Source: Alphaproteobacteria bacterium (GTDB lineage Bacteria > Pseudomonadota > Alphaproteobacteria > RF32 > CAG-239). From it: DNA of 64,000 bases. A program made the position numbers and the translations under genes. Below the pieces are notes generated by a model, which saw nothing but the letters and a program-made list of their open reading frames with translations, had not been told where the DNA came from and made no database searches. Shown one piece after another: positions 8,652 to 17,418 of this stretch. Every line of letters starts with the position of its first letter. Within the stretch, counting starts at the first letter, position 1. Where the stretch lies: assembly GCA_017480745.1 (NCBI GenBank), contig JAFUSA010000017.1:16174-80173 (forward strand), in the 5' to 3' direction.

Positions 8652-9130
8652 TTTTTACCCCTAAAAATAAAATAAAAGATTGCCGCAATCATTGCATACA
8701 TTGCAATTGGTCTTATACCGTCAATTGTTCGCCGTAATTCGTCGTCACTTTCGGCATATGCCTGTGCGGTCGTATCCATTGCTTTTTCGGCTGAACTTTG
8801 AACACTTGAAACGGCTTTATCAAAAGTTTGCGACAATAACGATGAACTTTTATTGTAAAGCGTTTCTGCTGTTCCTAAAGCATCATAATTAAGTTTTCGT
8901 GCGGTTGTCATTGCATCTGAACTCAAAGTATTTACAGTCCCCAACAAGCTGTTTAAATTATCTCCGGTTATACCTTGCTCATTATATACAAGTGAACTGC
9001 CTGCGCCCAAAATCGTGTTGTCATGAGCAAGTGCACCAATTTCTGCGGCGTTGTTAATATCGGTTGAATTGTCTGTATATTGAGTTGTTGTGGAACTCGA
9101 TGATTTTGAATGTGAACTAAATAAACCCAT
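8645..9130 (-). CDS. Membrane-anchored virion protein (C-terminal TM)
   Basis: 161 aa. S/T-rich N-terminus, helical middle, C-terminal helix IAMYAMIAAIFYFIF. Confidence 0.4.
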   Translation of the reverse strand: MGLFSSHSKSSSSTTTQYTDNSTDINNAAEIGALAHDNTILGAGSSLVYNEQGITGDNLNSLLGTVNTLSSDAMTTARKLNYDALGTAETLYNKSSSLLSQTFDKAVSSVQSSAEKAMDTTAQAYAESDDELRRTIDGIRPIAMYAMIAAIFYFIFRGKKW

Positions 9131-9131
9131 T

Positions 9132-9401
9132 TTAACCTCTAACCTTACGAATCAACCAAAAACCCAAAAGAGCAACGCCTCCCCAAAGCAAAACCTGTTT
9201 AATAGATAAACTCGATGCACCACCCATGTTAAGTGTGTTGTTATGCACTCCCCAATCACGGCTAGACATACTCGATGCAGCACTTGAAGTTGCTGCTCCA
9301 AAATTATTCAAAAAATCATCAAGACCAATACTTGCTTCAATTTCCCCAATATATCCGCCTGTGTTTTGATTATTATCTTGGTTGCTTTGGTTTGATGCCA
9401 T
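9132..9401 (-). CDS. Small virion membrane protein (C-terminal TM)
   Basis: 89 aa. C-terminal helix LLWGGVALLGFWLI. Confidence 0.4.
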   Translation of the reverse strand: MASNQSNQDNNQNTGGYIGEIEASIGLDDFLNNFGAATSSAASSMSSRDWGVHNNTLNMGGASSLSIKQVLLWGGVALLGFWLIRKVRG

Positions 9402-9404
9402 AAC

Positions 9405-9656
9405 CTACCGCCTTTTCAGAACTGCCACTAGTAAAACCGTAATAATTGCCCCACCAGCAATCCATAACAGTGTTTTTTTATGCAAATCATACCCCAAAAA
9501 AGATAATGTTTCATCTTGCTGTTGTTGAGCCATTTCCAAAGCAGCCTGATTTGCTGACATGGTTACCTTTGAATTGAGTTTTGCTACATATAATCCGCCA
9601 GCAGTATTCGCTAACCATTGCCACCACCTTGTAGAATCTCCTGCATTATCTGCCAT
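9405..9656 (-). CDS. Small virion membrane protein (C-terminal TM)
   Basis: 83 aa. C-terminal helix LLWIAGGAIITVLLVAVL. SD is AAAGGGG. Confidence 0.4.
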   Translation of the reverse strand: MADNAGDSTRWWQWLANTAGGLYVAKLNSKVTMSANQAALEMAQQQQDETLSFLGYDLHKKTLLWIAGGAIITVLLVAVLKRR

Positions 9657-9671
9657 TGTTTACCCCTTTCA

Positions 9672-9700
9672 TGTAAAAGCAAGGCGGCGCACCGCCCTGC
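9672..9700 (-). terminator. GC-rich hairpin + U-run after the capsid candidate gene
   Basis: Minus-strand RNA GCAGGGCGG-UGCG-CCGCCUUGC followed by UUUUA. It stands out in AT-rich DNA. Confidence 0.55.
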
Positions 9701-9714
9701 CCGCTTTATAAACA

Positions 9715-10578
9715 CTATGCTGAAACTGCTTTTAACATAACTTCCGGCACGTTGCGAATAGATACAGCAATCAAGTCATATACACCGCTTGTCGGAGCTG
9801 TACCGAATGTCGTTTTTAAGCGTAATTCGGTTACACCCATCATTGGCAAAACACCTTTGATGCTACCATCGCTGAACGAATAATTAAAATTGCCTGAAAC
9901 AGCTGATAAACCGCGTGCATTAACAATATAATCATTAAGCGCTTGTGAAATCGGATCATAGATACTATTACCGTTTACGACACATTCTCCGCCGGTAATT
10001 GCCCCACCACCATTGTGTGCCAAGATTTCTAAGTACGCTTCGTTATTGTCTCGCGGTAATGTGTCAACTGTTGAAATACCAGTTGATGCCATTGTTTGCG
10101 GATAGTTGATTATTTTGATATATGAACCAAGTGCTTGCGCAGTTGAACGTCTAACAGTTGAAACCTGCAAATCCGTCAAACCGGTAACCGTTGAATTGCA
10201 ATAAACCTGTAATTGAATTGTTTGAATATTCGAACAGCCCCAAGCGAAAAAGTCTTCATTATTTGAATCCTTGAATAAATATCTTCCAATATTCAAACCC
10301 AAGCAATTTACAACATTTTGTGTAACTTCGACACCCAAAGATGAATAAACATCACACAAACGCGTGAATGGTACATTTATCACTTGTTCTCCGTTGATAT
10401 TTAATGCAACTTTACCAATACCGGATTTGATATTTGTCAAAGTTGCAGCCGCACCGCTATTAGTAAATTCCAATACTACGTCATCAATTGTGTCAAATGA
10501 TGGAATATTAAAGGTTAAAATTATACCCGCGGAAATCGGTTTACTTTCATGAACTAAAACTTTTTTTAATTGTGACAT
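9715..10578 (-). CDS. Major capsid protein candidate (jelly-roll type suspected)
   Basis: 287 aa, beta-rich, no TM. Lies immediately downstream of the ATPase module and upstream of the membrane mini-proteins, and is followed by a strong hairpin. The size is comparable to the PM2 capsid protein as I recall it. Confidence 0.5.
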   Translation of the reverse strand: MSQLKKVLVHESKPISAGIILTFNIPSFDTIDDVVLEFTNSGAAATLTNIKSGIGKVALNINGEQVINVPFTRLCDVYSSLGVEVTQNVVNCLGLNIGRYLFKDSNNEDFFAWGCSNIQTIQLQVYCNSTVTGLTDLQVSTVRRSTAQALGSYIKIINYPQTMASTGISTVDTLPRDNNEAYLEILAHNGGGAITGGECVVNGNSIYDPISQALNDYIVNARGLSAVSGNFNYSFSDGSIKGVLPMMGVTELRLKTTFGTAPTSGVYDLIAVSIRNVPEVMLKAVSA

Positions 10579-10590
10579 AGTACCCCCCTA

Positions 10591-10680
10591 TTAATCATTC
10601 TTGGATGTTGCTTGTCTGATGTATTGATATACATAAATTCCGGCCACCACTCCGGCCATAATTTTTAATAGGCTTTTCAT
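10591..10680 (-). CDS. 29-aa TM peptide (not in ORF track)
   Basis: MKSLLKIMAGVVAGIYVYQYIRQATSKND. SD is GGGAGAAG. Confidence 0.35.
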   Translation of the reverse strand: MKSLLKIMAGVVAGIYVYQYIRQATSKND

Positions 10681-10795
10681 TGTCTTCTCCCTGCTATAAA
10701 AAATAAAACCTACGTAAACATTACATAGGCTTTATTTTGTGTGCAAATGCGGCTTTTTCTACATATATATGTATATATATGTTATGTAAAAAATT

Positions 10796-11428
10796 TCATG
10801 CAACTATTCCTTGTTCATTTTTGTAATAATATTTATAGTTTTGCAGGTTCAGGATACCTCCTTTATATGGTGTACCTAACATTGAGATTGCTGTTTTAAC
10901 ATCATTCCAATCAGCTAAGCGAAAAATATATAAATCCGATAAATTTGCACGAAAAGGCATATCAACCAAGCTCATACGCTGTGAGACGCCGATAAGGTTA
11001 ACGCCGTAATGCCTGCCTTGGTTGCATAAAAAGCCGAATCCGTTATCAGGCTTTTTACGTGTTAAACCAAGAGGAAAACTCAGATTTAATTCATCAACAA
11101 AAAGCGTTATTTTTGCATTGTGTTGCTGAATTTTAAATCCTGTTTGTAACTCTCTTATAAATTTACTTAAATCTGATAAAGCTTTTATTTCTGAGCCATA
11201 CGGCGGTACATATGCTACTCGAAAACCTTTAACATAATTTTTGATTAAATAACTTTTCAAATCATCAAGAGATGTAAAACGGCGAAATTTACCAACAAAA
11301 TCATCCAGCGCATCAAAAACAATTAAACGTTGACATTTTGCAACCAATGTTAATGCTTTAGTTGTTTTACCGCTTCCGGATGCCCCAAAAATTCCAACCC
11401 GCCGACTATCTGTTATCTGTTTTTTCAT
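10796..11428 (-). CDS. P-loop ATPase, candidate genome-packaging ATPase (FtsK-HerA/A32-like or Zot-like N-domain)
   Basis: 210 aa from ATG 11428 (SD AAGGTG). Walker A GASGSGKTT, Walker B TLFVDE, later GRHYGVNLIGVSQR. No TM segment. Confidence 0.6.
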   Translation of the reverse strand: MKKQITDSRRVGIFGASGSGKTTKALTLVAKCQRLIVFDALDDFVGKFRRFTSLDDLKSYLIKNYVKGFRVAYVPPYGSEIKALSDLSKFIRELQTGFKIQQHNAKITLFVDELNLSFPLGLTRKKPDNGFGFLCNQGRHYGVNLIGVSQRMSLVDMPFRANLSDLYIFRLADWNDVKTAISMLGTPYKGGILNLQNYKYYYKNEQGIVA

Positions 11429-11942
11429 CTTTTTCACCTTTGCCAAAAAATTTACTCATAAAGCTATTTTCTTTTACTTGCTCACTGGATTTTTTCATAA
11501 ATTTGTGAACATATCCGCTTAATCCATTACCAGTAAAGCGTTTGCATGCAATATTTGCTTTGGCACCGACAAAACAAGAGATTGCAATCATATCACCAAA
11601 CCAACCGCCGCATGGCTCGATTAAGAAATGCATCATTTTGTATTTTTGGGCCATCATATACAGCTTGGCAGCTGATACTTTCGCACCTGCAAATTCAAAC
11701 GGTTTATCTTTTTGCACCTTAAAATCGGGCATATCCCATAAATCGCTGCATATATCAAATAATTCAATAAAATGCTGTTCAAATTGTTCTGGTGTTAAAA
11801 TGCCGACAGGATCCTGTGCGTTTTTTTGTTCTTCTTCCATTTTGGCTGCTATTACTGATTTTTCAATATTTTCTGCAAATTCTGCCGCTTGTTTGCTTGT
11901 CATATTTGCTCCATCATCTAAAATTACATTTTCTTCTGACAT
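11406..11942 (-). CDS. Prophage protein of unknown function
   Basis: 178 aa from ATG 11942. Acidic N-terminus and a cysteine-containing hydrophobic core. Overlaps the ATPase start. Confidence 0.4.
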   Translation of the reverse strand: MSEENVILDDGANMTSKQAAEFAENIEKSVIAAKMEEEQKNAQDPVGILTPEQFEQHFIELFDICSDLWDMPDFKVQKDKPFEFAGAKVSAAKLYMMAQKYKMMHFLIEPCGGWFGDMIAISCFVGAKANIACKRFTGNGLSGYVHKFMKKSSEQVKENSFMSKFFGKGEKDEKTDNR

Positions 11943-11963
11943 ATTTTTACCTTTCAAAAAAAA

Positions 11964-12236
11964 TTAAATATCTAAATCTTCTTCAAGATCATCACGTTTG
12001 CACGGTTGATTTATTTGCAAATTATCCTTAACTGCGCTAATTATACCGACTTTTTCCAAACATACGGCATGGCCGCGACGTAAAGTGGCTAAAGCAATCC
12101 GACTATATTTGCTATTTAATTGCCATTTACATCCATTATCGCAATAGCAATAAATCTTATTATTTTTGTTGACTTTCACATCTTGAAATTGTTCACCACA
12201 CACTGGACATGTTGCTCGCCCCACAATTTCCCCCAT
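11964..12236 (-). CDS. Zinc-ribbon protein
   Basis: 90 aa. CPVCGEQ...CYCDNGC. SD is AGGAGG. Confidence 0.5.
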   Translation of the reverse strand: MGEIVGRATCPVCGEQFQDVKVNKNNKIYCYCDNGCKWQLNSKYSRIALATLRRGHAVCLEKVGIISAVKDNLQINQPCKRDDLEEDLDI

Positions 12237-12247
12237 TTTATAACCTC

Positions 12248-12931
12248 CTAAAATTGTATATTAACTTCATTTAACCCATGTGTATTATAGTCATATGCTA
12301 TAATTTCACGATTGCACTTATCATTAAAGAAATTTTTAATTTCCGCCTCTGTAATAGCATCACGCATTGAAGCCGATAGTGGCCGAAAGCCTAAACACCC
12401 CCTTCCAGTCTTAAAAAAATTATAATTTTTTGCTTGCTTTACTGCCTCGTAACATGAAAGAATATCGTTTACATCCATCATGTCTACAACAGGCGCTACT
12501 TTGTTATTTGTTTGGCTATTCGCGCGCACACGTGCGCGCTGTTTTATAAAATTTAAATTTATATTTTTGTTTAAATGATTATTGTTCGATATGCCATCCG
12601 TGTCACTATGTAGTGACTCTGATGGCGCATTCCCCTGTGACAAATTTGCCACAGGGGAATCAGGTTCTAATCTCAAATAATAACCGTTTGACGAATAACC
12701 TCCATCATCACGTAAACGTTTTTCACGAGCTATAACACGACAAGCCTCTAATTTGGATAAACTGCGAAAAACGCTACGTCTACTGATACCACACTCATCT
12801 GCTATGCGAGAAACAGATGGAAAACAAAACCCATCTTCGTTTGCGAATCCTTGTATTGATAAATAAACTCTTATATCAACACTGCTTAAATCCTTATTTT
12901 TATAAACTTTTTTTGGACAAATTGAAAACAT
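12248..12931 (-). CDS. Winged-HTH replication-initiator-like protein
   Basis: 227 aa. N-terminal wHTH ...VYLSIQGFANEDGFCFPSVSRIADECGISRRSVFRSLSKLEACRVI resembles DnaD/plasmid Rep-type initiators. First gene of the leftward operon. Confidence 0.5.
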   Translation of the reverse strand: MFSICPKKVYKNKDLSSVDIRVYLSIQGFANEDGFCFPSVSRIADECGISRRSVFRSLSKLEACRVIAREKRLRDDGGYSSNGYYLRLEPDSPVANLSQGNAPSESLHSDTDGISNNNHLNKNINLNFIKQRARVRANSQTNNKVAPVVDMMDVNDILSCYEAVKQAKNYNFFKTGRGCLGFRPLSASMRDAITEAEIKNFFNDKCNREIIAYDYNTHGLNEVNIQF

Positions 12932-12993
12932 AGATACCCCCTTTTCAGGTGAGTATTTACGGATTTATTTATCTGATATTTTCCTTATTTTGT

Positions 12994-13021
12994 GGATAAT
13001 ATAATATTCATTATGCGACAA
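12994..13021 (-). other. Second dif-like site (right prophage junction), outer arm differs
   Basis: Minus strand reads TTGTCGCATAA-TGAATA-TTATATTATCC. The XerC-like arm and centre are the same as at 4760-4787. The XerD-like arm is different. Confidence 0.55.
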
Positions 13022-13023
13022 AT
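13001..13023. repeat. Direct repeat, right copy
   Basis: Identical to 4767-4789. Confidence 0.95.
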
Positions 13024-13417
13024 AGTGAGATACGCGTTTTAAGTCTTTTTATACAAAATTATGGCTATCTATTCTTCCGGTTCTATTTAGCTTATATTCT
13101 TCTGGTGCCGGTGCTGATATAGAAGCACCGGCAGAAACATTATAATTATTTGTATTTGATGAAAAATTGACAATCTCCATTGCAATCACAAGCAGTTGTT
13201 GCTTTATCAATCGGCATCGGAACGGAAATATTTTTACCGTTAGGACATGCAATAGATTGTCCTGTATCTGTGCTACCATCGCATCCAACAATGCCTTTTT
13301 TCTTGCCGATAATTCCTAAATATAAAACAAAAAAAGCTTTTTATAGTAGTAAAAAGCAATAATACAAAACACCCGATTTTTCAACCGAGTGTTTCTGTTC
13401 AACTATTATGAATTTAA

Positions 13418-13792
13418 TTACTTCAATTCAACTTTAGCTCCGGCTTCTTCCAACTTAGCTTTCATAGCGTCGGCATCAGCTTTGGCTACACTTTCTTTAA
13501 CAGTCTTCGGAGCGCCTTCTACCAAGTCTTTAGCTTCTTTCAAACCTAAACCTGTAATAGCGCGAACTTCTTTAATTACATTGATTTTGTTTGCACCGGC
13601 TTCAACCAATACAACATCAAATTCAGTTTTTTCTTCAGCGGCGGCTGCACCAGCAGCAGCTCCGGCACCGGCTACGGCAACAGCGGCAGCGGCGGAAACG
13701 CCCCATTTTTCTTCTAACATTTTTGATAATTCAGCAGCTTCCATAACTGTTAAAGCTGACAACTCATCTACTAATTTGGCCAAATCTGCCAT
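13418..13792 (-). CDS. rplL: 50S ribosomal protein L7/L12
   Basis: [32 protein letters not shown]...[16 protein letters not shown]...[11 protein letters not shown]. The start is trimmed from the longer track ORF. Confidence 0.95.
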   Translation of the reverse strand: MADLAKLVDELSALTVMEAAELSKMLEEKWGVSAAAAVAVAGAGAAAGAAAAEEKTEFDVVLVEAGANKINVIKEVRAITGLGLKEAKDLVEGAPKTVKESVAKADADAMKAKLEEAGAKVELK

Positions 13793-13851
13793 TTTTTTTC
13801 TCCAATTAAAAAAATTAACTTTACAAATTAAATACAAAAACTGTTTTGCTA

Positions 13852-14334
13852 TTAAGCAGCTTCTTTTTCGCTATAAGCTTTGCAAACTCTTGCCATTTTA
13901 GCAGCAGGAGCTTGTAACAAGCCAACAAGTTTAGCACGCAATTCATCCATAGAAGGAATAGCAGCCAACTCTTTGATTTCGGCAATGGTTAATACTTTAT
14001 CTGATAAAGCACCACCCATAATAACCAATTTTTCATTTTCCTTAGCGAACTCAACACAAGCTTTGCAAGCGGCAATCGGATCGCTGGCATATGCTAATGC
14101 AATAGGACCTTTGAATAATTCCGTCAAGCCTTCAAATTTTGTGCCTTTTAATGCTAAACGAGCAATACGGTTTTTAGTAACTCTTAAAGAAGCGCCGGTT
14201 TCGCGAATCTTTTTTCTTAATGCTTCTGTCTCTGCAACTGTTAAGCCGATATATTCAGCAACAACCACAGACTCAGCACTCGAAAATATTCCGTTCAATT
14301 CACCGAGCAACTCTGTTTTTTCTTCGCGGTTCAC
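13852..14334 (-). CDS. rplJ: 50S ribosomal protein L10
   Basis: 160 aa, GTG start. ...[40 protein letters not shown]. Confidence 0.9.
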   Translation of the reverse strand: MNREEKTELLGELNGIFSSAESVVVAEYIGLTVAETEALRKKIRETGASLRVTKNRIARLALKGTKFEGLTELFKGPIALAYASDPIAACKACVEFAKENEKLVIMGGALSDKVLTIAEIKELAAIPSMDELRAKLVGLLQAPAAKMARVCKAYSEKEAA

Positions 14335-14600
14335 TTATTGTCTCCAAACGAATTGTTAAATTCCCACACCAAAAAATTATCAGCGCAAGAACTGTTACCA
14401 AACCCACACTTCCCTTTTTTAAAGGAAAACATGGAACCCAAATCTGTCCGAGGAGAAAAAGATTATAAAAAAATCAAATTCACTTTAGTCTGCGCAGGAT
14501 ATTAAGAACAAGGAAAACCTTTATCACCCGCGGTCTTGGACAGCAATGAATATGCTTTAACAGCACTCATTGACGGCATATATAAAACAATTAAAAAACG
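14335..14600 (-). promoter_or_regulatory. Long 5' UTR of rplJL (putative L10 autoregulatory leader) with upstream TTGACA/TATATA promoter
   Basis: About 270 nt lie between a sigma70-like promoter (TTGACA-16/17 nt-TATATA near 14585-14613, minus strand) and the rplJ GTG. Confidence 0.35.
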
Positions 14601-14693
14601 ATGTCAAGTCATAAAATACGTTTTGTGCAATTTTTTTAAACCAATTTTGCTTAGTGATGGGTAAGTGAAAAAAATAGGAACTATTTGCTTGTC

Positions 14694-15119
14694 TTAATTT
14701 CCGCCGAGCTTGGCTTTTAAAGATTTTAATTCGTTTATTGCGTCGGATATTTCTTTAAGTGCGTTACGGTCAAGCGACTTGTTTACGATATTTTCATCTG
14801 ATACAGCAATTTCTTCGTTAGGATTCGTAAAAAAGTCTTTTTGGATCTCCGTATCTCCAAGAAGCTTTTTTAGTCCCCTCTCCTTTATTAAATGTTGGGC
14901 GCCCTCAATAGTATATCTGCTACCATAAAGCAGACCTTTTATGAGTTTAAGGACCTCCACATCATCCGGACGATAATAACGCCGTCCGCCACTTGCTTTC
15001 ATTGGACGTATCTGATTAAATTTAGTTTCCCAAAAGCGCAAAACATGCGTCGCTACCCCAAGTTCCTCTGCAACTTCGGCAATAGTCTTAAACGCAGATT
15101 TCGACTTATTTACAACCAT
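14694..15119 (-). CDS. MerR-family transcriptional regulator
   Basis: 141 aa. [30 protein letters not shown]...[14 protein letters not shown]. Confidence 0.75.
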   Translation of the reverse strand: MVVNKSKSAFKTIAEVAEELGVATHVLRFWETKFNQIRPMKASGGRRYYRPDDVEVLKLIKGLLYGSRYTIEGAQHLIKERGLKKLLGDTEIQKDFFTNPNEEIAVSDENIVNKSLDRNALKEISDAINELKSLKAKLGGN

Positions 15120-15125
15120 TTATAT

Positions 15126-15422
15126 TTACTTTTTACCTTTTTTATTTACTGCCTGACGCAAAATTTGCGAAGGTTTAAATGAAATAACTGTCCGCGGAGT
15201 AATTTCAGCTTCCTCACCGGTTTTAGGGTTGCGCCCCATTCTGGCCTTTTTTTCACGCAAGGCGAAAGTTCCAAATGAAGATATTTTAACATCGTTACCG
15301 GCAATTAACTCAGAACGAATTTCCTCAATAATCATATCCAACACATCGCCGGAATCTTTACGTGAAAGTCCGATTTCTTCATAAATAGCCTCTGTGATGT
15401 TAACCTTGGTTACAGTTTTCAT
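15126..15422 (-). CDS. ihfA: Integration host factor subunit alpha
   Basis: MKTVTKVNITEAIYEEIGLSRKDSGDVLD...FGTFALREKKARMGRNPKTGEEAEITPRTVISFKPS. Confidence 0.85.
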   Translation of the reverse strand: MKTVTKVNITEAIYEEIGLSRKDSGDVLDMIIEEIRSELIAGNDVKISSFGTFALREKKARMGRNPKTGEEAEITPRTVISFKPSQILRQAVNKKGKK

Positions 15423-15527
15423 TTTATCATTCCCAAACACTAAACATTATATACTACTAAGAGCATATAATACGAGGCGGCATAAAACAAAACCTCTTTA
15501 ATTAAATATTCACAATTTTTTTTAATT

Positions 15528-16658
15528 TTATGCTATAAATGATTTGATAAAACGCGGATTTTTACCTAAACGTGACAATAATTCATAACTTATGGTTCCG
15601 GCATCACGCGCCACATCATCCAAAGTATATTCATCAAACACAAAATGGGCAAAATCCCCTACTTCAACACCTTTAACGTCTGTGACATCACAAATTATGT
15701 TATCCATAGAAACACGGCCGATTATCCGAGCCTCGCACCAACGTGAAGACGATTTGAAAAATGCCTTCCCTACATTAGAAAGTGAGCGTGGTAAACCATC
15801 TCCGTAACCGATTGATATTATCGCTATTTTTCTATTTGTTCCCGCACGATAGGTTGCCGAATAACCTACAAAATCTCCTTTGGGTAGATCTGCAACTTGC
15901 AAAACAGGAGCTTTTAAGGTTATTATATTTTGCATTTGATTAGGGCGATACGGAGCAGTATTTATTCCATACATTGCTGCTCCCAAACGCACCATATCAC
16001 AACAAAAATCTTTTCCTAAAAATGCACCGTCGGAAGCCGAAAGTGAAGCCGGTAAATCAGGAAAATATTTTTTCCTTATATTTTTGAAAGTGTTTAATTG
16101 TTTTTCATTCATAAAGTGGTCTTTTTCATCAGCACACGCTAAATGACTCATTACAAGAGAAAAATTACGGCAATCTTTTGTGCTTAAACGCTGTAAATCG
16201 CTTTCACGAAAACCTAAACGATTAAGCCCTGTTTCAACGTGAATAACCGGACGAATCCCTTCTATCTGATGTTTTTTCCAAAAATGCCACATTTCCGGCG
16301 AAATGATTACCGGCACAAACTTATATTTTTGAAACAAGGATAAACTATCCGCCCCTATTCCCTGCAAAACAAATATACGCGCATCGGGAACAGATTTTAC
16401 TATTTTTTCTCCCTCTACGGCATGAGCAACCCAAAAATTACGACAATCAGCTTGTTCGTAAAGAGTTTTTGCCACCTTCTCGGCTCCCAAACCGTATGCG
16501 TCATCTTTCACCACAGCCGAAGGCATGGCAGGATCTATGATTTTTTCTAACAATTTATAATTGGCGACCAACCGTTTCAGACTGATTTCCATCACCGGTT
16601 GTGTAAAAATTTTGTTATCTGCTCTTGTAAAAATATTCATAACTGTTATTATCTCCAT
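15528..16658 (-). CDS. alr: Alanine racemase
   Basis: 376 aa. PLP-lysine region AVVKDDAYGLGAEKVAKTL. C-terminal ...GTISYELLSRLGKN. Confidence 0.8.
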   Translation of the reverse strand: MEIITVMNIFTRADNKIFTQPVMEISLKRLVANYKLLEKIIDPAMPSAVVKDDAYGLGAEKVAKTLYEQADCRNFWVAHAVEGEKIVKSVPDARIFVLQGIGADSLSLFQKYKFVPVIISPEMWHFWKKHQIEGIRPVIHVETGLNRLGFRESDLQRLSTKDCRNFSLVMSHLACADEKDHFMNEKQLNTFKNIRKKYFPDLPASLSASDGAFLGKDFCCDMVRLGAAMYGINTAPYRPNQMQNIITLKAPVLQVADLPKGDFVGYSATYRAGTNRKIAIISIGYGDGLPRSLSNVGKAFFKSSSRWCEARIIGRVSMDNIICDVTDVKGVEVGDFAHFVFDEYTLDDVARDAGTISYELLSRLGKNPRFIKSFIA

Positions 16659-16676
16659 AGCAAAGGATTAAAAAAA

Positions 16677-17417
16677 TTGTATTACTGCGATTCGCATATT
16701 CATTTTCAGGACTATAAATCACAAGACGTTAAAAATGTGATAAGTTCCGCCATACAAAATAAAGTTGAATTATTTATAAATGCGTCATCTCACCCTTCTG
16801 ATTGGGGTAAAATATCTGCACTTACTACAAAATATCCGCAAATTATACCGGCATACGGTGTGCATCCTTGGTATATTAACGAAGTAAAAGCAAAATGGGC
16901 TGAAATTTTGGAACTTACTTTACAGCAAAATCCAGCTGCTTTGGTAGGCGAATGCGGAATTGACAGAAACAAAAATTCAGACATCAGTGCGCAAATAGAT
17001 ATATTGCAAACACACATAAATTTGGCAAATAAATACCAACGCCCGTTAATTTTACATGCCGTAAAGGCCAACGAACAGTTTGCAGCATTATTTTCAGTTT
17101 TACCGAAACGCACGATTTTTCATTCTTTTACAGGTTCGCTTGAATGGGGACGTGAAATACAAAAACGCGGATTTTTCATAGGGCTCAATTTTTCTATTTT
17201 ACGTAAAAAAAATGTAAAAGAGATAATTAAATCATTGAATTTGCATCAAATATTGTTAGAAACTGACGGACCTTATCAAAATATTATTCCACATACGGAA
17301 ACTTTGCCGCAAAATTTACCGGATTTAGCAAACAAAATAGCAGTTGCGGCAGACATAAATTTGCAAGATTTTCAGCAGATTTTATTTGCGAATAAACAAC
17401 AATTTTTAGGAGTATAA
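16677..17417 (+). CDS. TatD-family metal-dependent hydrolase
   Basis: YYCDSHIHF motif at the N-terminus. The start is probably TTG 16677 (SD AAAGGA), because the longer track ORF overlaps the alr start. Confidence 0.7.
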   Translation: MYYCDSHIHFQDYKSQDVKNVISSAIQNKVELFINASSHPSDWGKISALTTKYPQIIPAYGVHPWYINEVKAKWAEILELTLQQNPAALVGECGIDRNKNSDISAQIDILQTHINLANKYQRPLILHAVKANEQFAALFSVLPKRTIFHSFTGSLEWGREIQKRGFFIGLNFSILRKKNVKEIIKSLNLHQILLETDGPYQNIIPHTETLPQNLPDLANKIAVAADINLQDFQQILFANKQQFLGV

Positions 17418-17418
17418 T

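Larger units (their letters stand above)
4760..13023. mobile_element. Integrated ~8.2-kb prophage without integrase, flanked by dif-like sites; candidate tailless membrane-containing (corticovirus/PM2-like) virus
   Basis: Bounded by a 23-bp perfect direct repeat. Contains about 20 tightly packed, mostly minus-strand genes with strong SD sequences: rep, Zn-ribbon, ATPase, capsid candidate, small TM proteins, spike, lysin. No terminase, portal, tail or integrase. Confidence 0.7.

Noticed and set aside
4760-13023. Interpretation of the dif-flanked element as a filamentous (inovirus/CTX-like) phage, the classic Xer-exploiting type.
   Set aside because: It encodes a peptidoglycan hydrolase and holin-like proteins, a 287-aa beta-rich capsid candidate and a fibre-knob protein. 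The ATPase is short and lacks the TM domain of Zot/pI. No 40-80-aa major-coat plus pIII-like arrangement is evident.
13146-13340. Cys-rich open frame on the minus strand (…GIVGCDGSTDTGQSIACPNGKNISVPMPIDKATTACDCNGDCQFFIKYK) just outside the right prophage junction. It is faintly reminiscent of the Cys-rich part of the pilin-like C-domains.
   Set aside because: There is no start codon upstream: an in-frame stop sits at 13341-13343 and the only ATG leaves about 23 aa. The similarity is too weak to call. At most it is a decayed fragment. The 80-aa and 60-aa track ORFs here (13049-13291, 13180-13362) have no SD and no recognisable features.
13389-13901. 170-aa plus-strand ORF, Ala/Ser-rich.
   Set aside because: It is the antisense shadow of rplL. 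The minus-strand L7/L12 translation is unmistakable.
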